Source: the human T2T-CHM13v2.0 reference genome, Homo sapiens
Assembly: GCF_009914755.1 (NCBI RefSeq)
Contig: NC_060932.1
Strand: one strand, 5' to 3'
DNA: 64,000 nucleotides
This document shows positions 43,354 through 58,520 of the stretch, piece by piece. Numbering within the stretch: position 1 is the stretch's first letter; every line of letters begins with the position of its first letter. Below the pieces are notes generated by a model that was given only the letters and a program-made list of their open reading frames with translations, searched no databases and had not been told where the DNA came from. Both the position numbers and the translations under genes were made by a program.

Positions 43354-43939
43354 TGTAGGTGTTCCCATTATAGAGATGGGATGGAAACACCTCACAGAAC
43401 TGCTCACTGAGGAATGCTACGGAATCCCAGGAGCACACCCTCGTGGTAAATAAAACAGCAAGTGTCACAAGATTCTTTCTTCTAAGGCTGATTACTGCTG
43501 ACTCTGTAACTCTGGAGTTCACTACTGCAGAGTGCAGAACCCTGGAATCAGGCATCTTGTTTAAGGGTAAAACTGAAAATATCTGGAGGCATGGAGCCAT
43601 GACATATTGTTATGCCAGCTGACAATAACAAGTTTCTCCTTTGAGTTTTAAGTGGCAGTGAGGTAAGAGGGTATGCGAAGGTGTTATTGCTTGGTTGAGT
43701 GGGGGGAAACTCATAGGCTTTACTAAGTTAGCTGTGCTGAGAATAGAAATAGACATTTTCCTATGAAAATTACAGGCCCAATCAGGGAAGATTCCCACGT
43801 AGAAGGCCACAGTCCTGAAAGAAGGCCAATGATATTCCTCAAAAATCACCTGGGATCCACACAGATCTATGAAGTTATGGGTCATCAAACCTTCAAAGTT
43901 ACGTGTGATAGTGTGACCATGATAATTTCATATTGGTAG

Positions 43940-44237
43940 TTTTTTTTTTTTTTTTTTTGAGACAGAGACTTACTCTCTCATGCAGGCTGGAGTGCAGTGG
44001 CACGATCTCAGTTCACTGCAACCTCTGCCTCCTGGGTTCAGGCAATTCCCCGCCTCAGACTCCCGAGTAGCTGGGATTACAGGTGCCTGCCACCACGCCT
44101 GGCTAATTTTTCTATTTTTAGTAGAGACAGGGTTTCATCATCTTGGCCAGGCTGGTCTTGGACTCCTGACTTCGTGATCCACCCTCTTCGGCCTCCCAAA
44201 GTGCTGGGATTACAGGCGTGAGACACCCTGCTTGGCC
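43940..44237 (-). mobile_element. Full-length AluS
   Basis: Poly-T plus Alu reverse complement. Confidence 0.92.
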
Positions 44238-44849
44238 TAAATTTTTTTTTTAGATTTTGGCATAAAAGAAAAAAAAGGACCTCAGCAAAACCTTGAATAA
44301 ATTACATTATATTAGTTTAGATTCTCAGTGACTATTACCTTAGCAGAATAAAAGATTTAATGTAAAGGAATTGTAATAATTTTGTTTTCAGTCATAGAAA
44401 TCTCCCACAAAAAACTTTTGTAAAATAAACTAAAGGCAAGTAAACTTGTTGACTAGCCTTATAGGGATAACCAGTAGTCCGAGACCAATAAACACTAACT
44501 GAATTAATCTTAGAGAATTGCTTTGACTTCTCTACCTGTATTCCATAGCCATTATTCCCTGTTCACGCAGGCACTAATCGAGGTCTCTAGGTAAATTAAT
44601 TCATTAGTCAAGGTCTAGTAACTCAATTAAGACAGCTTCATCACTCCTAAAATATGACCATTATCCACTTTCCAGTAATCTCTGGATAACCTGGTAGAAA
44701 CCTCTAATTATTCTTCTTACACATTTCAACCACTGGTTTAAGCTCCCCACAGTCATTCTACATGAAAGAAACTGGTGAGCCACACTTTTGGGGCTTTAGT
44801 GTCTGAAACAACCACAATCCACAATGTACAACAGTAATGAACTTCAAGA

Positions 44850-45190
44850 GGGAAGAACACATCAGCTTCCTGAGGCCAGGGGCCTTGCCTTTCTTGTCAC
44901 CCCCATATTCCCAGCACCAAGCACAGTGCCTGGCATGCAGCAAGCATTGATAAATATCTCTTGAATGCCCGAATGGAAGAAATGGACATTTGAGGGCCTA
45001 ATATGTATCAGTCACTTTGCTAGCCACTTACATCATTTCATTCTCATAGTCATCCTATACACAAGAGTGGTATTATGCTCATTCCACAGAGAAATAATAC
45101 ACCAAGGAGCTAAGTGGCCTTCCCAAGTGAGTGGCAGAGCCAGAATTCAAACCCAGGTTAGCCCAACTCCAAATCCCTAGCCACCACTCC
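44850..45190. mobile_element. L2 3' end followed by MIR
   Basis: agcacagtgcctggcatgcag...; taagtggccttcccaagtgagtggcagagccagaattcaaacccagg. Confidence 0.6.
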
Positions 45191-46709
45191 AGTTTTTCCT
45201 AATTGTATTCAAAGGGAGGGTGCTGGTCAAGAGACATTCATAGACATTCTCAGATGGGGTGTTGGGGGAAGCACAGGTGGAAAGTGGTACCCAACCCCAG
45301 CCAGGTATGACTGGGAAACATTGGACATTACACTCAATTCTCAATGAGTACTGTCATATCAAAAATCACAAAAGACTTAAAGTAGAGAAACTCCAATAAC
45401 TTTAAATATGATAACTTGTATCCCTAACTGCTCCCACCTGGGAACTCATTACAGGATAAAAGGATATTCATCTCCATCTTTGGGAGACAGTTGTGCTACC
45501 CAGGGAAGTATGGGAAAGGCCACACTACACCCTTCTGTCTCCCAAGGCTGACACTCTAGCGTCCCATTCAGAGATGTCACCAATGGCAGGCTGTGCTGCT
45601 TAGGAAAAATTTAATCTTTCTGGATTCCTTATTTATATTCAGTAAGGTGAAGGTCTTCTGCAAAAGAATCTATACAGTCGATGCTAAACGAAAATTAAAA
45701 GCTTCCCTATTGCCCAGCTGCTTCCTGCTAAGGTTACGCAAGTGGATTTGTAGATATAAGAGAGTAGTCTATTTACAAATATGCTACGTTCTAAATATGT
45801 TTAAATCAATTGTTTGAAATTCAGAAGCTATTTTCTCACAGAAACGATGTCAGACATGATTTCCAAACCAATTCATGCTTACCTAATCAATCAATAATCC
45901 AGGTGAAATACTGCACAAATATAATGCAAAATAGCAGAGAATTATACCCTTAAATATCAGCAGTCACATAAAACTGAAAGAGTTAAAACTTATCTTAAAT
46001 AATGATAATGAAGAAATGAAATTTAAATTAATCAAGAGGTCCCTGAAGTTTCTGAAGGAGTCAGATAAGTTTTAAAAGTGTTAGAAGGTGATGGTATTGG
46101 ATTCAGATCCCCACCTTCACTTTAAAACGAATAGCTTCCCTTTTCCTTGATAGAATCGTCACCATTCCTACACCTAGTGTTCATCAACCATGAGCTGCCA
46201 TTTGAGTTATTTAAAATTTTTTTTAAAAGATAAAGAAAAAAAGGAGGACAAGATGCAAGGAGGTCCCTGGAAGGAAGGGGAGGGAAATGGTAGAGATGTG
46301 GCAAGTTGTTCCCTAAGCAGGTCCATGACAGGTGACTATTTAAGTAGGATACAGGGGAAGCACGGAGTGAACTGATTCAGGAAGTGGAAAATGAGGGAGA
46401 ATGGGAGCAATCAGCTGTTGGATTATCCAAGATATCCACAAACTGCTTTTATAATTCAGTGAATACTTATGACATAATAACCCAAAATATACTACATACC
46501 TCTTCCCTGTAATTTCAGACCTACATTATTTTATCAGCAAGTAGAGCTCAAACATTTAACACATAGTTAACTGAATGCCTCATAATATATGCTTTTGCTG
46601 AGTGCTGATTAAAGAAGATGTTTACTACGCAGCTACTACCTTTAGGACTCTCTGTTTACATTTTCATTTTTCTGCTCCTTTGAAACTTCAGACACAGTGG
46701 TTTCAAGCA

Positions 46710-46940
46710 GCAGCATGCTTTACTGATTAAAAACTCAAGTTTGAAGTCAAGCTTCCAGAGGTTTAATTTCAGTGTTGTCACTGACCTTTCCTTAGTTTTC
46801 CCATCTGTAAAATGAGGACAATGACAATACAACTCTATCTCATGGAGCTGGGTGGGAATTATCTAAGTTAATGAATGAACAGTGCTTAGAACAATACCTG
46901 GCACTAGTAAATGTTCAAAAAATATTAGCCACTGTTAAAT
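46710..46940 (+). mobile_element. MIR
   Basis: ccttagttttcccatctgtaaaatgaggacaatgaca...agtgcttagaacaatacctggcac. Confidence 0.7.
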
Positions 46941-49900
46941 CTGTATATATAACCCACAACAAAAATACTTACTGAAATTTTCTCTGTATATTGTCTAGTG
47001 AAAAAGTAAGGTGCAGAACAGCATGTATAGTACTCTATTATTTGTGAAGGACCAAAAAGCTAAACATACTTGAATGTGGAAAAAAAGAGAGGCGGGGGAC
47101 AGTTGTTAAGTATATGTTTATATAAGCAAAGAATATGAAACCAAGGTGCCGAGTATAGAACATGGAGGGAGGTTTATTCTTGTCTGTAAACACATCTATG
47201 CCTTTATAATTTTGTCCCATGTTCATGTGTTATTATTCAGTAAAAAAATTTATCAAACAATACTTACTATCAACATAGAAATAACATTGGTAGCCCCATT
47301 AATCCATCAGTTCTACCTTTATTTAAAACTTAATCCAAAAGCCACTTACCAAACGATGAAATCGCAATTAAATTAGGTGAAGAGATGGCAAACACTCATA
47401 ACTTTGTCCTCTTTACAACCATCTCCAATTAAAAAACTGAACCAGTAAATGCCGATGTCCTCCAACTTAAATACGAGAAATTATTACACTGATATGTGTT
47501 GGTCCCATATGACACTTAATATGTAACAGTTTTTCAAATAATGAATCAATTAGTTACAAAAGAAGATAATAAATGTTTGGGAGGGTTAATAAACTAATTT
47601 AATTAGCTCAATAATATATGCATTATTTTGATTAATATAAAAATCTTGTTATGTATAAATATAAGAAAGAATTACATATTTAAATCCAGTGTACTAAAAC
47701 TGACTCTATAAGGCATCCTGACATATGGCTAAGTAATTGAAAAAATTAGGGAAACCAGTAACAAGGCACAAAAGGGCTAAGTGCTTAGAAGACTGAATTT
47801 TTCTTTTCTTGGAAATACAGTCCAAAATTCACAGGTAACAAAACTCATTTTCATAACGTTTCTCACAGTACAAAACAAAGAGTGAACTTTATTTCCATGA
47901 ATTTTATAATCTTATTATACCACTATATATCCTCTGGGAAAAAAGAAAGAAAGAAAGAAAGAAAACAAATGCCATCAAGACAAACAAACCCAACAACCCA
48001 AAACAAACATCTGTTTTGTTTTCTCACATCTTAATAGCCTAGCTATTTCAGATACAAATATTTGTTTTGCCGACAAATGTTTCCAAAACATTAGTTAAAA
48101 TTGTTTTGCTGAAATAGTTTATTTTTGAGCTGAACAAATTGCAAACTTTTCCAAAGTCCACAAGGCATCTGTGAAAATGAGCAAGTATGGCCTGCAGATT
48201 TTCCAAAACGTTCACTTAGTAAAATGGAAGCATCAAGACGCTTGCTATTGCAAACCTCAGGATCATTTCCACAATGAACAGACATAAGCATGTTAGCAAG
48301 TACAGACGAGACTCAAATATCCTGCATGACAGGGAAGATAGCCGGGAGTTTAGTTTTTTAACCTGTCACACTGAGTTCCTCTGAGGGCTCAGAGTTCTGC
48401 AACTTTGAACAAGAACATTCCCCTTTTTCAGGCGCTTTGCTCTACTTTCTTGTGCCTTGGCAGGGATCAAAGAAGCAGAGGGAACAAATGGTTTCCCATG
48501 CATATTGAATTCCCTCTTATACTGATTTTTCCTCTGTCACTTGAAATTCAATATCGGCAAGATTCCCGTCCAACACCTTAACCAGTAAATTGTCTGCATG
48601 TGATCAGCACACGTGAAGGTAGATTTCAACATCAAGTTGATGTAAGAAATTCAAATGAAAAAATCCTTTGAAAAACAAACTTTTCTACGGCATTCATACT
48701 AAATCTTATTCCTAAAAACTAATTATCTTTTATTTCACATTAATCTAAAATGTTTCGTTCACCATTCACTTTTATCTTTGTCCCTCACTGCTTTATATTT
48801 GTATTATTTTAAAAATACAATATTATAGCTAAATAGTGCTTTTTTAAGAATTTAGCCTCAACATTCTTGATTAACTTAATGATACCTAACACTTATTGAG
48901 CATTTAAGAGTGATGTGCCTCATTTTCCTTATCTGTAAAATGGAACAAATAGTACCTATCTCATGGTATATTGTAAGATTACATGTGGTAATGAATGTAG
49001 AGCTCTAAGCACAACAATTGTGTTCGACTGTATTTTATTATGTATTGTGATGATAGCTATCAAAATTATGAGATATTCTAAGAGATTTGGGATAAAAAAT
49101 ATGTTGTCAGGCCAAATTATTTAAATACAGCACAGTAATTGGATTATAGATGATTGTTTAAATTTTGATTATACACATGAATCATATAATGAAAAATATC
49201 ATATGATAAAAATGGTTTAAGTGATCTTTTGAGAAAAGTCAATTACAATTTTCTTCGTAATAATACTCAAAAAGTATTTCTATCACTCTTTTGAAAGAAT
49301 ATATTTAGTTAGATTAGTAGTAATATGACTTAAGCTTTTACGATCAGTACAAGATGATAACTTACTCTATACCTCAGTGGCTAGGGGATGATAAAATGCT
49401 AGTTTAGATATTAGCACAAAAGGAAAACACCTTCAAATTTATTTTTCCCTTCCTCTATTTTGATCATAGAAAAAAAATCATTGGCTTTGTAAAAGATGGG
49501 TTTTTAAAAATAAAAATGAGTGAAATCTGTAATTTATTATTTAAAGTAATCATGGATTTCATTGTGACACTGTCTTACAGTCTTTGATTGAACAAGGAAA
49601 ACTAGTTGGTTCTGATCAAAATTTTATTTTATAGAGAGTGAAATTTGAATTTACCATGGAATACCCTTCTACTCATAAATTACACATATCTTCTAATAAG
49701 AGAAAGCCATTTAATCTGTAAGATGTTAATATCTGGGTAACTGTAACTAATTATATTTACTGTAAACTATGAAATTTCTAAGATTTTTCTCTCCAATAAA
49801 ATGTTTATAAATATATACATCATTAAAAGGGAGGATTCCAGTGGTAATAAAAACAAAAATAAGTATTAAAATATTGTGAAGTAAATGAGAATGAAAAAGC

Positions 49901-50850
49901 AGAACCCATCGAATTCTGTGAAATGCCACAAAAACAGCGCTCAGGAGAAAATTAACAGCACTGAACACATATATTAGAAAAGAAAGATCTAAAAATCAAT
50001 CGTCTAAGCACCACTCTTAGGAAACTATAAAAAGAAAAGCAAGTTAACTCAAAAGCAATCAGAAAAAAATTATGAAATAATGAAAATCAGAGAAGTTAAT
50101 AAAATTAAAAACAGGAAAACAACAGAGAAAATCAATGAAATTGGCTGTTTGAGAATATCAATAAAATTGATAAACCTCTAGGCAGGCTAACCAAGATAAA
50201 CAGAGAATACACAAATTACTAATATCAGAAATGAAAGACAGCCATCATTAGCAATCCCATGAACATTAAAAGGATAATAAAGAAATGTTATGAACAATTC
50301 TATATCCACAAATTAGACAAAGTTAGATGAAATGGACCAATTCCTTGAAAGACAGTCTACCCAAACTCACAGAAGGAAAAATAGATAATATGAATAGGTC
50401 TGTACCTATTAAAGAAATTGAGCCAACAATTAATCTTTCAAAACAGAAAGCACTAGACCAGGATGGGTTCCCTGGTAAATTTCATCAAATACTTAAGAAA
50501 AAGAATGATTACAATTCTCTACAATCTGTTCCAGAAAACAGAAGCAGAGGGAACATTTTGTAATTCCATCAATGAGGCCAGCATTACCCTAATACTGAAA
50601 TGAGATAAAGGCATTACAAGATATGAAAACTAGAAACTAGAATAATATTTCTCATGAACATAAATGCAAAGATCCTCAACAAAATATTAGCAAACTGAAT
50701 CCAACAATGTATAAAAAGAATTATATGTCATGACCAAGTAGGATTAATCCAAGATATATAAGGCTGGTTCAACATTTGAAAATTAATGTAATCCATCACA
50801 TCAATGAGCTAATGAAGAAAAACCATATGATCAAATCATCAGATGCATAA

Positions 50851-51306
<456 letters not shown>

Positions 51307-51648
51307 TCATGGCGAGAAACTAGATGTTTCCTTTCTAAGATAAGGAACAAAGCAAAGATGTCCCCTCTACCACTCCTGTTCGACATTGTACAAGTCCTTA
51401 CTAATGCAATAAGAAAATAAAAGGTATACAAATTGGGAAGGAAGAAATATAACTGTCTTTTTTCACAAAAAACATGATTGTCTATGTAGAAAATATTAAA
51501 AAAAAAAATCAACAAATACCCACCCCCAAAACCAAACAACTCTTGAAACCAATGAAGAAGGTTGCAGGATATAACATAATAGATAAAAGTCAAATGCCTT
51601 CCTATATACCAGCAATGAGCAGTTGGAATTTGAAATTAAAAACACACC

Positions 51649-51949
51649 GGCCGGGCGCGGTGGCTCACGCCTGTAATCCCAGCACTTTGGGAGGCCGAGG
51701 CGGGTGGATCACGAGGTCAGGAGATCGAGACCATCCTGGCTAACACAGTGAAACCCCGTCTCTACTAAAAATACAAAAAATTAGCCGGGCGAGGTAGCGG
51801 GCGCCTGTAGTCCCAGCTACTCGGGAGGCTGAGGCAGGAGAATGGCGTGAACCCCGGGGGGCGGAGCCTGCAGTGAGCCGAGATAGCGCCACGCACTCCA
51901 GCCTGGGCGACAGGGAGACTCCGTCTCAAAAAACAAACAAACAAACAAA
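51649..51949 (+). mobile_element. Young AluY (AluYe5-like) with (CAAA)n tail
   Basis: gggcgagg, gaaccccggggggcggagcctgcag and a 2-nt deletion before gagactcc; TSD aaaaacacacc at 51638-51648 and 51950-51960. Confidence 0.85.
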
Positions 51950-53322
51950 AAAAACACACCATTATTTCCATCAATACTAGAGAGGGAAAGAGAGAGAGAG
52001 AAAGAGGTGTAACTCTAAAAATTATATATAAGCTTTATGTGAGAAAAACTATAAAAGAAATCAAAGAAGATATAAATAAATGGAGAGATATTCCATGCAT
52101 ATGGATAGATTCAATATTGTCAAGACATCAGTTTGTCCCAATTTGATCTATAAATTCAACGTGATTCCAGCCAAAATCCCAGAAATTTACTTTGTGGATA
52201 CTGACAAATTGATTCTAAAGATTATATGGAGAGATAAAAGACTCAGAATAGCCAACACAATGCTGAAGGAGAAGAAAAAAGTTGGAAGACAGACACTGTC
52301 TGACTTTAGGACTTACTATAAAGCTGTAGTAATCAAGACAGAGTGGTATTGGTGAAAAAATAGACAAATGGATCAATGGAACAGAAGAGAGAGCCCTGAA
52401 ATAGCCCCACTTAAATACAGTCAAGTGGTCTTTGACAAAGCAGCAAAGGCAACATAATGGAGAAAAGATAGTTTTTCAAAAATTAATCTGGAACCACTGC
52501 ACATCCATATGCAAAAAAATGAATCTAGACCCTGACCTTACATCTTTCACAAAAATTAATTCAAAATGTGTCAGAGAACTAGATGTAAAATGCAAAATTA
52601 TGAAACTTCTAGATAGTAACACAGGAGAAAATCTAGATGGCCTTGGTTTTGGCAATAGGTTTTTAGATACAGGAGCAAAGGCATGATCCATGAGGGAAAA
52701 ACTGATAAACTGGAGTATTAAAATTAAAAACTTCTCTGCAAAAGACACTGCTAAGAGAAAAGAAAATCCATAGACTGGGAGAAAATATTGCAAAACACCT
52801 ATCTGATAAAAGATGTGTATCAAAATAAACAAAGAACTCCTAAAACCCAACAATAAGAAAACAAACAACCTGTTTAAGAAGTGGGCAAAATATCTCTACA
52901 GACACCTCACCAAAGAAGACATACAGATGGCAAATAAGCATATGAAAAGGTGCTTCACATCATATGTCATTAGGAAACAAAACAACAAGATAGCACTACT
53001 TCTCAATTAGAATGTCCAAAATCTAAAACACTGACAACACCAAATTCTGGCAAGAATATGGAGCAACAGGAACTCTTATTCATTGCTGATGAGAATACAA
53101 AATGGTATAGCCACTTTGGAAGATGATTTGGAAGTTTCTTCTAAAGCTAAACGTAGTGCTGCCATATGATCCAGCAATCACACTCCTAGGTATTTACTCA
53201 CAGGAGTTGAAAATTTATATCTATTAAAAAAACTGCACACAAATGTTTATAGAAACTTCATTCATAACTGCCAGAAACTCAGAGCAACCAAGATGTCCTT
53301 CAATTGGCGGTGAGGGGTGATT

Positions 53323-53457
53323 GGCATGGCTAGTTGAAGAGTAGGCATGAGTTTAAGACATGAGTTTAAAGACATGGCTAGTTGAAAAGTAGGCATGAGT
53401 TTAAGAGTAGGCATGAGTTTAAGGCATGGCTAGTTGAAGAGTAGGCATGAGTAGGCA
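53323..53457. repeat. Scrambled two-module tandem array (ggcatggctagttgaagagta / ggcatgagtttaa)
   Basis: Directly visible; eight g(g/a)catg cores. Confidence 0.85.
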
Positions 53458-56400
53458 ATAAATAAATTAAAATCTCATTGACTAGAAAATATCTATATTT
53501 CTCAAGGTAGATTCTAACATATCTGCAGATTATGTGAATTTTTTTAATTAAGATAGTGAAGAAAGAGCTAACAAATTCATTTTTAAAAGAATGAATGCAA
53601 AGGCACTGTTTTTAGTTTTTAAAATAGAGTAAAATTTTGGAAGCTTTCAGATTCAAGTTATATTATTTTTAACGTATTAAAATATCCATCCAAAGGGTAA
53701 TAAAGCTTTGAATATTTCATTATGAACACTTTAAAATAATTTTTGAACTCAAAATTCATAAGGAATTACGTTTACAAGTAATACTGCACACCATCACAGA
53801 CTTAAAAAGTAACTTTAAAAAGGCACAAAAAACCCACAAATGAGTCCTTACATGTTTGCCCTGAAAAACCCTTACAAAATTATCTTTATATGTCCATTGT
53901 GACACAACAATTCTAAGAACAATGCAGGAACAGAAATCATGAAGCATGAGATAAATATCACATATACCTAGATTTGTCCCTACTGCATAATATAATGAAA
54001 TTGAAAGGCAGAAACCAGGTCATACATAAGATAAGAAAATGACTAGAGTCTAACTCTCCAGTATTATAAAATACTAACTTTAAACCCAATAGACTAAAAG
54101 TAAAAGAAAAAAAAAAGACCCGAAATTATTCCAACAAAAAGAGACATTCATTATTTTAACAATGTAAAAAATTCTACCTCAAAACAGAAATTGTTTTTAA
54201 TAAGTCATTTCTAATTATTTAGTTTAATAAATTCTTCTGTTTTATGTACTTTACCATCAAAACTTCCTTTTCATCAAGAATAGTAAGTCTATTATTTTAT
54301 ATACGACTACTAAGAAAGACAAGTTAATGCCAAAAAACTTAGCCTGAATCTGCGGTCTTTTCACAAATTAAAGAATGAAAACAAAATACCCAGACTAGAT
54401 CTTCCTTGAATTTTTAAAGAAAACCATTTCTTTTTCAATGTGGAAACTCAGTGAACTTTCCACTTCTAATTATGCAACACAAGAAAGGCTGATCCAGACA
54501 TACTCGCTTTAGTTGGAAGAGGTATGTATAAGAAATCTGAAAAGTATTATTTTTTTCTCGGTTCAACTCATTCCTATTCTTTTCCCATAAGATAATGAAA
54601 TTAAAATAAGTACCTAAAACACTAAGCACTTTTACTTTTACAATACAAGCTAAAATACATCATTCACTCTTAAAACCATGGACCGATTTTGAAATTAGAA
54701 TTTTTCATTGTTTTCCATGTGGCCTGGCTTTATAGTCCACCATCCCCACTCTCTCACATAGCATCCCTTTTAGGAAAAATACTCACTTAGAACAATGTCT
54801 GGTTTCAGAGACAAACACTTATATCTGACCAAATGGCCTTTTCAAAAAAGCTCTAATCAACCTTAATTTAAGAAACACAATTAAGTCTTCAACAGTTTAT
54901 TTACAATGTAGTATTCACAGCCAAAATATCAGAAATTAAATAATATTATTCGCTGTCTCCTCTTCTCTTTCTATGACTCTCTAGATCCTAAAAGAGGTTT
55001 GCTACATCTCATTCACATAATGATCTTCATTTCAAAACTCCTTTTAGTTTTCAGGAAGCTTGCATGACACAGGTGGTTCAAATGAAAAGGCAAGATCTCC
55101 CTAAAGTTGGGACAAGCCATTACCTTTCCTCATGATGCCTATATGAAGTTTATGTAAGTAGAGAAAGTTCTATAAAAACTCCTATAATAAATTCAATGCA
55201 TTCTATAATAAAATTTGTCTTCAGTGTCATTATATAGATGTGAAATCTAATTAAAGGAAGAGAGAGATATGTATACTCAGTTCTATGAAAACTGTATGTA
55301 CACATGTAAACTGAATGAGGAATCAGCTTAGTTTTTGGAAAATAAAGATACATGGAATACAATTATCAAAGACAAAAATATTTAAAGTTAAAATGTGCAG
55401 CAGAAATAATGAGCATTAGAAGTTAATTGAAAGACCAGAATGATGAAACTTTAGAATAAAGCAATGTCTGCATACTTATTTTTAAAAGGAAAAAAACGTG
55501 GAACATGAAAAATTTTGAAGACTTTTGGGGGAGAAATCACCCATTAATATTTAAAATATAATTCTATAGTCAAAAATTAAATTAGCATTTATTATACAGA
55601 ACTTTTTTTCATGATTTAGGATAACCTAGAATGCATACTATGATTATAATATCAGAGAGGTAATTTTTTCAATGTTAAGACCATTTTAACCTGACTTGTA
55701 GCAATGGAGTGGGCTTTAGCTCTGGAAACAGGCAAGAGGAAGAAAACTTTGACTCTTTGAGGATAATAGCTTATTTTGTAATCCATGAAAGGTATGATTA
55801 ACTCTTTAAAAAGTTAAGGCAAGGAGGTGAGAAGTATGTGAAAGTATAGGAAACGTTAAGTAAAGACCAATTCAGGAAATCAGGCAGACACCATTAAGAG
55901 TTCTAGAAAGAAAGAATCAATGAGGGGAAGAGATATCAAAGACATCATGTAGGAAGATTTCCACATGGAGAGGCTGGCATTTGAAAGAGACCAGCAAGGG
56001 AGTTGTGCAGAAGCATAACAAATGCCCAAACTCATGACACATTGTCATGAAATTCACAGCAGGCCACATGTGGGAAAGCAGAGGCTCACTTTTGATTGTT
56101 TTTCAAACTATCAGCAAGATATTACTTTGATGAAAAACACTAAATATTGAATAATGATAAATGCCAAATTCTAGGCATTGCCATTTTATGCTCTATATGT
56201 GGTGCCAATGAATTATAGTTATAGCTAAGTATTTATAATTATGCATCTCAAAAACTACACAGATCTTAAAAATTGACTATATTTACAAATAAAATCTCTA
56301 TTTCATCTGCTTTTGATGTTTATATACTTTATTTTAAAATTTCAAGCAAATAAAAAAATAAATAAAAATGAATGCCACAGTCATGCTGCTTGACTTATAT

Positions 56401-56520
56401 TTAGTCCTTGCCAAAAGCTGCCAAAATTGTGCAACCACTGCATGAATATATGACTGTAGAAAAATGCATTGAAACCATTGAAAATATCACCTGCAGGACT
56501 AATAATATTCACATAATTAC

Positions 56521-56707
56521 CTGCTGTGGGATCTGTAACTGCTTGGCTGGTGATGCCAGATGGCGGTTCTTGAAGCTGGTAAGTGGCATTGGTGGATGGT
56601 GTCGTTGGGCTGGTGTTGCTGCTGGTCATATAATGTGCTGGATACGGTGAGCTGTTATAATACTGTGCGTACTGACCCTGGCCAAAACTGGGATAAGACG
56701 GATAGTC
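56521..56707 (-). CDS. EYA1: EYA1 coding exon (~exon 9, 187 nt): [62 protein letters not shown](E)
   Basis: Acceptor tttggtag|GACTAT, donor ACAGCAG|gtaatt; overlaps ORF 56381..56629(-). Confidence 0.96.
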
Positions 56708-57105
56708 CTACCAAATCAAACCACACAAGAATTGTCTGTCAAAATACTGCTGCTTATCTCTTACATATCAAAGTGTAACTGTAAGTATGTTTGGGTTTCT
56801 GAGCCTTTTCTGAATTCACACGGGGGCATACAAGTACACATTAACTAAAGAGCTCAGACTTGCAAACAAATTTTATGTAAGATTATACACATTCTTCATA
56901 TTTTTGCTTTTCTATGATGCAATACTAGGTAAAATTAAACCAATCTGAAAACCAAACAACTCACCACAAAAGACTGCTAAAGTGAATTTTAAAAGAAAAC
57001 TACTAAAAGCCTTAGGAAAGCTCTCACTTATAAACAGATCTTTCTTTACATAAGAAAATCATGTTGCATTTACAGATATTTTTCAGAAGTTAAACTGGCT
57101 TTTTA

Positions 57106-57264
<159 letters not shown>

Positions 57265-57929
57265 TTAGAAAAGGCAGAATTGGTATTTGGTTTATCTTCG
57301 ACACTAGAATCTGTTGTCATGTCTAAAATGTAGTTTTCTTAACATAGTTGATGATTTTATTTTTACTACAAAATTAAAAAACAAAGAGGTTTAAATTTCC
57401 AAGGATGTTAGTAACTTATATAGACTAATGACAAAATAATACATTTGTGTAAAAATATTAGACAATGAACTTTTCAATTTGCAAAACACACCAAGATTTT
57501 TCATGTCTTTATATTAAATTCACATAATGTAAAATGATGGGGTCAGATTAGATGATCTTTAAGGTTCTTGCTAGCTCAAAAACTATGATACTACTTCCAA
57601 GAACTTAAAATGCTTTCAGACTTGTATTATATGGTCATTAAAATGGCGTATGGAAAAAGCCATTTCATTTCACAGAAGAATGAATGGCAGCACCTGATAA
57701 ATTTGACACAACAAAGATGAAAGAAGAATATGATTAATGTTTTATCTGTTACATATGCTGTCAAGATAATGTTCTGTCTGTTGAATGTCCACATTGTTAA
57801 ACAATGAACAGTAGGCGCTGTGTAAGATACAACACCTGAGCAAAGCTGGGTTCCCTCTTTCACATGATTTACTATTTTGTTATTAAGCTATGCAAAACAA
57901 TAATATGCTGCCATTGATAATCATATTGG

Positions 57930-58520
57930 CAAAAATTTTTTTAAGAAGGTAAGATCAGGGATTGGGAAATATATAAAAAACGGCATTCATACACTGCAAA
58001 ATGGGAATTTACATAGGCACAATCTTTCTGTTTGGCTATTTGGCTTATGATTGAGAAATTTCGTATGCCATTTAACCCAGCAATTTTATTTCAGGCATTT
58101 ACTCTAAGAAAAAAAATTATAGATTTATACAAAGAGATAGCAAAGATATTCTTCAGTGTTGCTTCTAATAAGAAAACCTAGGGAAGCAGCCCCAACTCCA
58201 TAACAGGTACTATTCAGAAAATGGAATACTATGAAGCTGTTTAAACGGTATTACAATGATGTTTAATGGCATGAGAAAAATTTTCATATTATTTTGTGAA
58301 AGCAAAAACTAAAATAACAAAAAGTATTTTTGATGATCTCATTTAAAATATTTTTAAAGCATGACAAATTTTCAAAAAGCACAAAATTCTAAGAAATGCT
58401 GTCTCTGAAGGATTTGATATATGGTCACATAGCATTCATTAAGCCAATTTACATTTTTAAGTTTTCTACTCGGAACCTATGTTGCTTCTATAATTAGAAA
58501 TAAAAGCCATTTTTTAAAAA
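57930..58520 (+). mobile_element. Degraded L1ME-like 3' region
   Basis: cattcatacactgc...tttaacccagcaattttatttcaggcatttactctaag...atggaatactatgaagctgtt; boundaries approximate. Confidence 0.55.

Noticed and set aside
43109-43600. 163-aa minus-strand ORF as a possible extra EYA1 exon
   Set aside because: Does not resemble EYA-family sequence, crosses an L1PA fragment, and the flanking exons already join in frame to the known protein
53323-53457. Repeat arrays superficially resembling CRISPR (also 42902-42985 and the 39-bp repeat at 60964/61190)
   Set aside because: Human intronic context, no cas genes, no regular series of unique spacers; only two copies or irregular modules
56033-56051. Short hairpin tcatgaca-cat-tgtcatga
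   Set aside because: 8-bp arms are expected by chance in 64 kb, and it lies in what looks like degraded L1-type sequence
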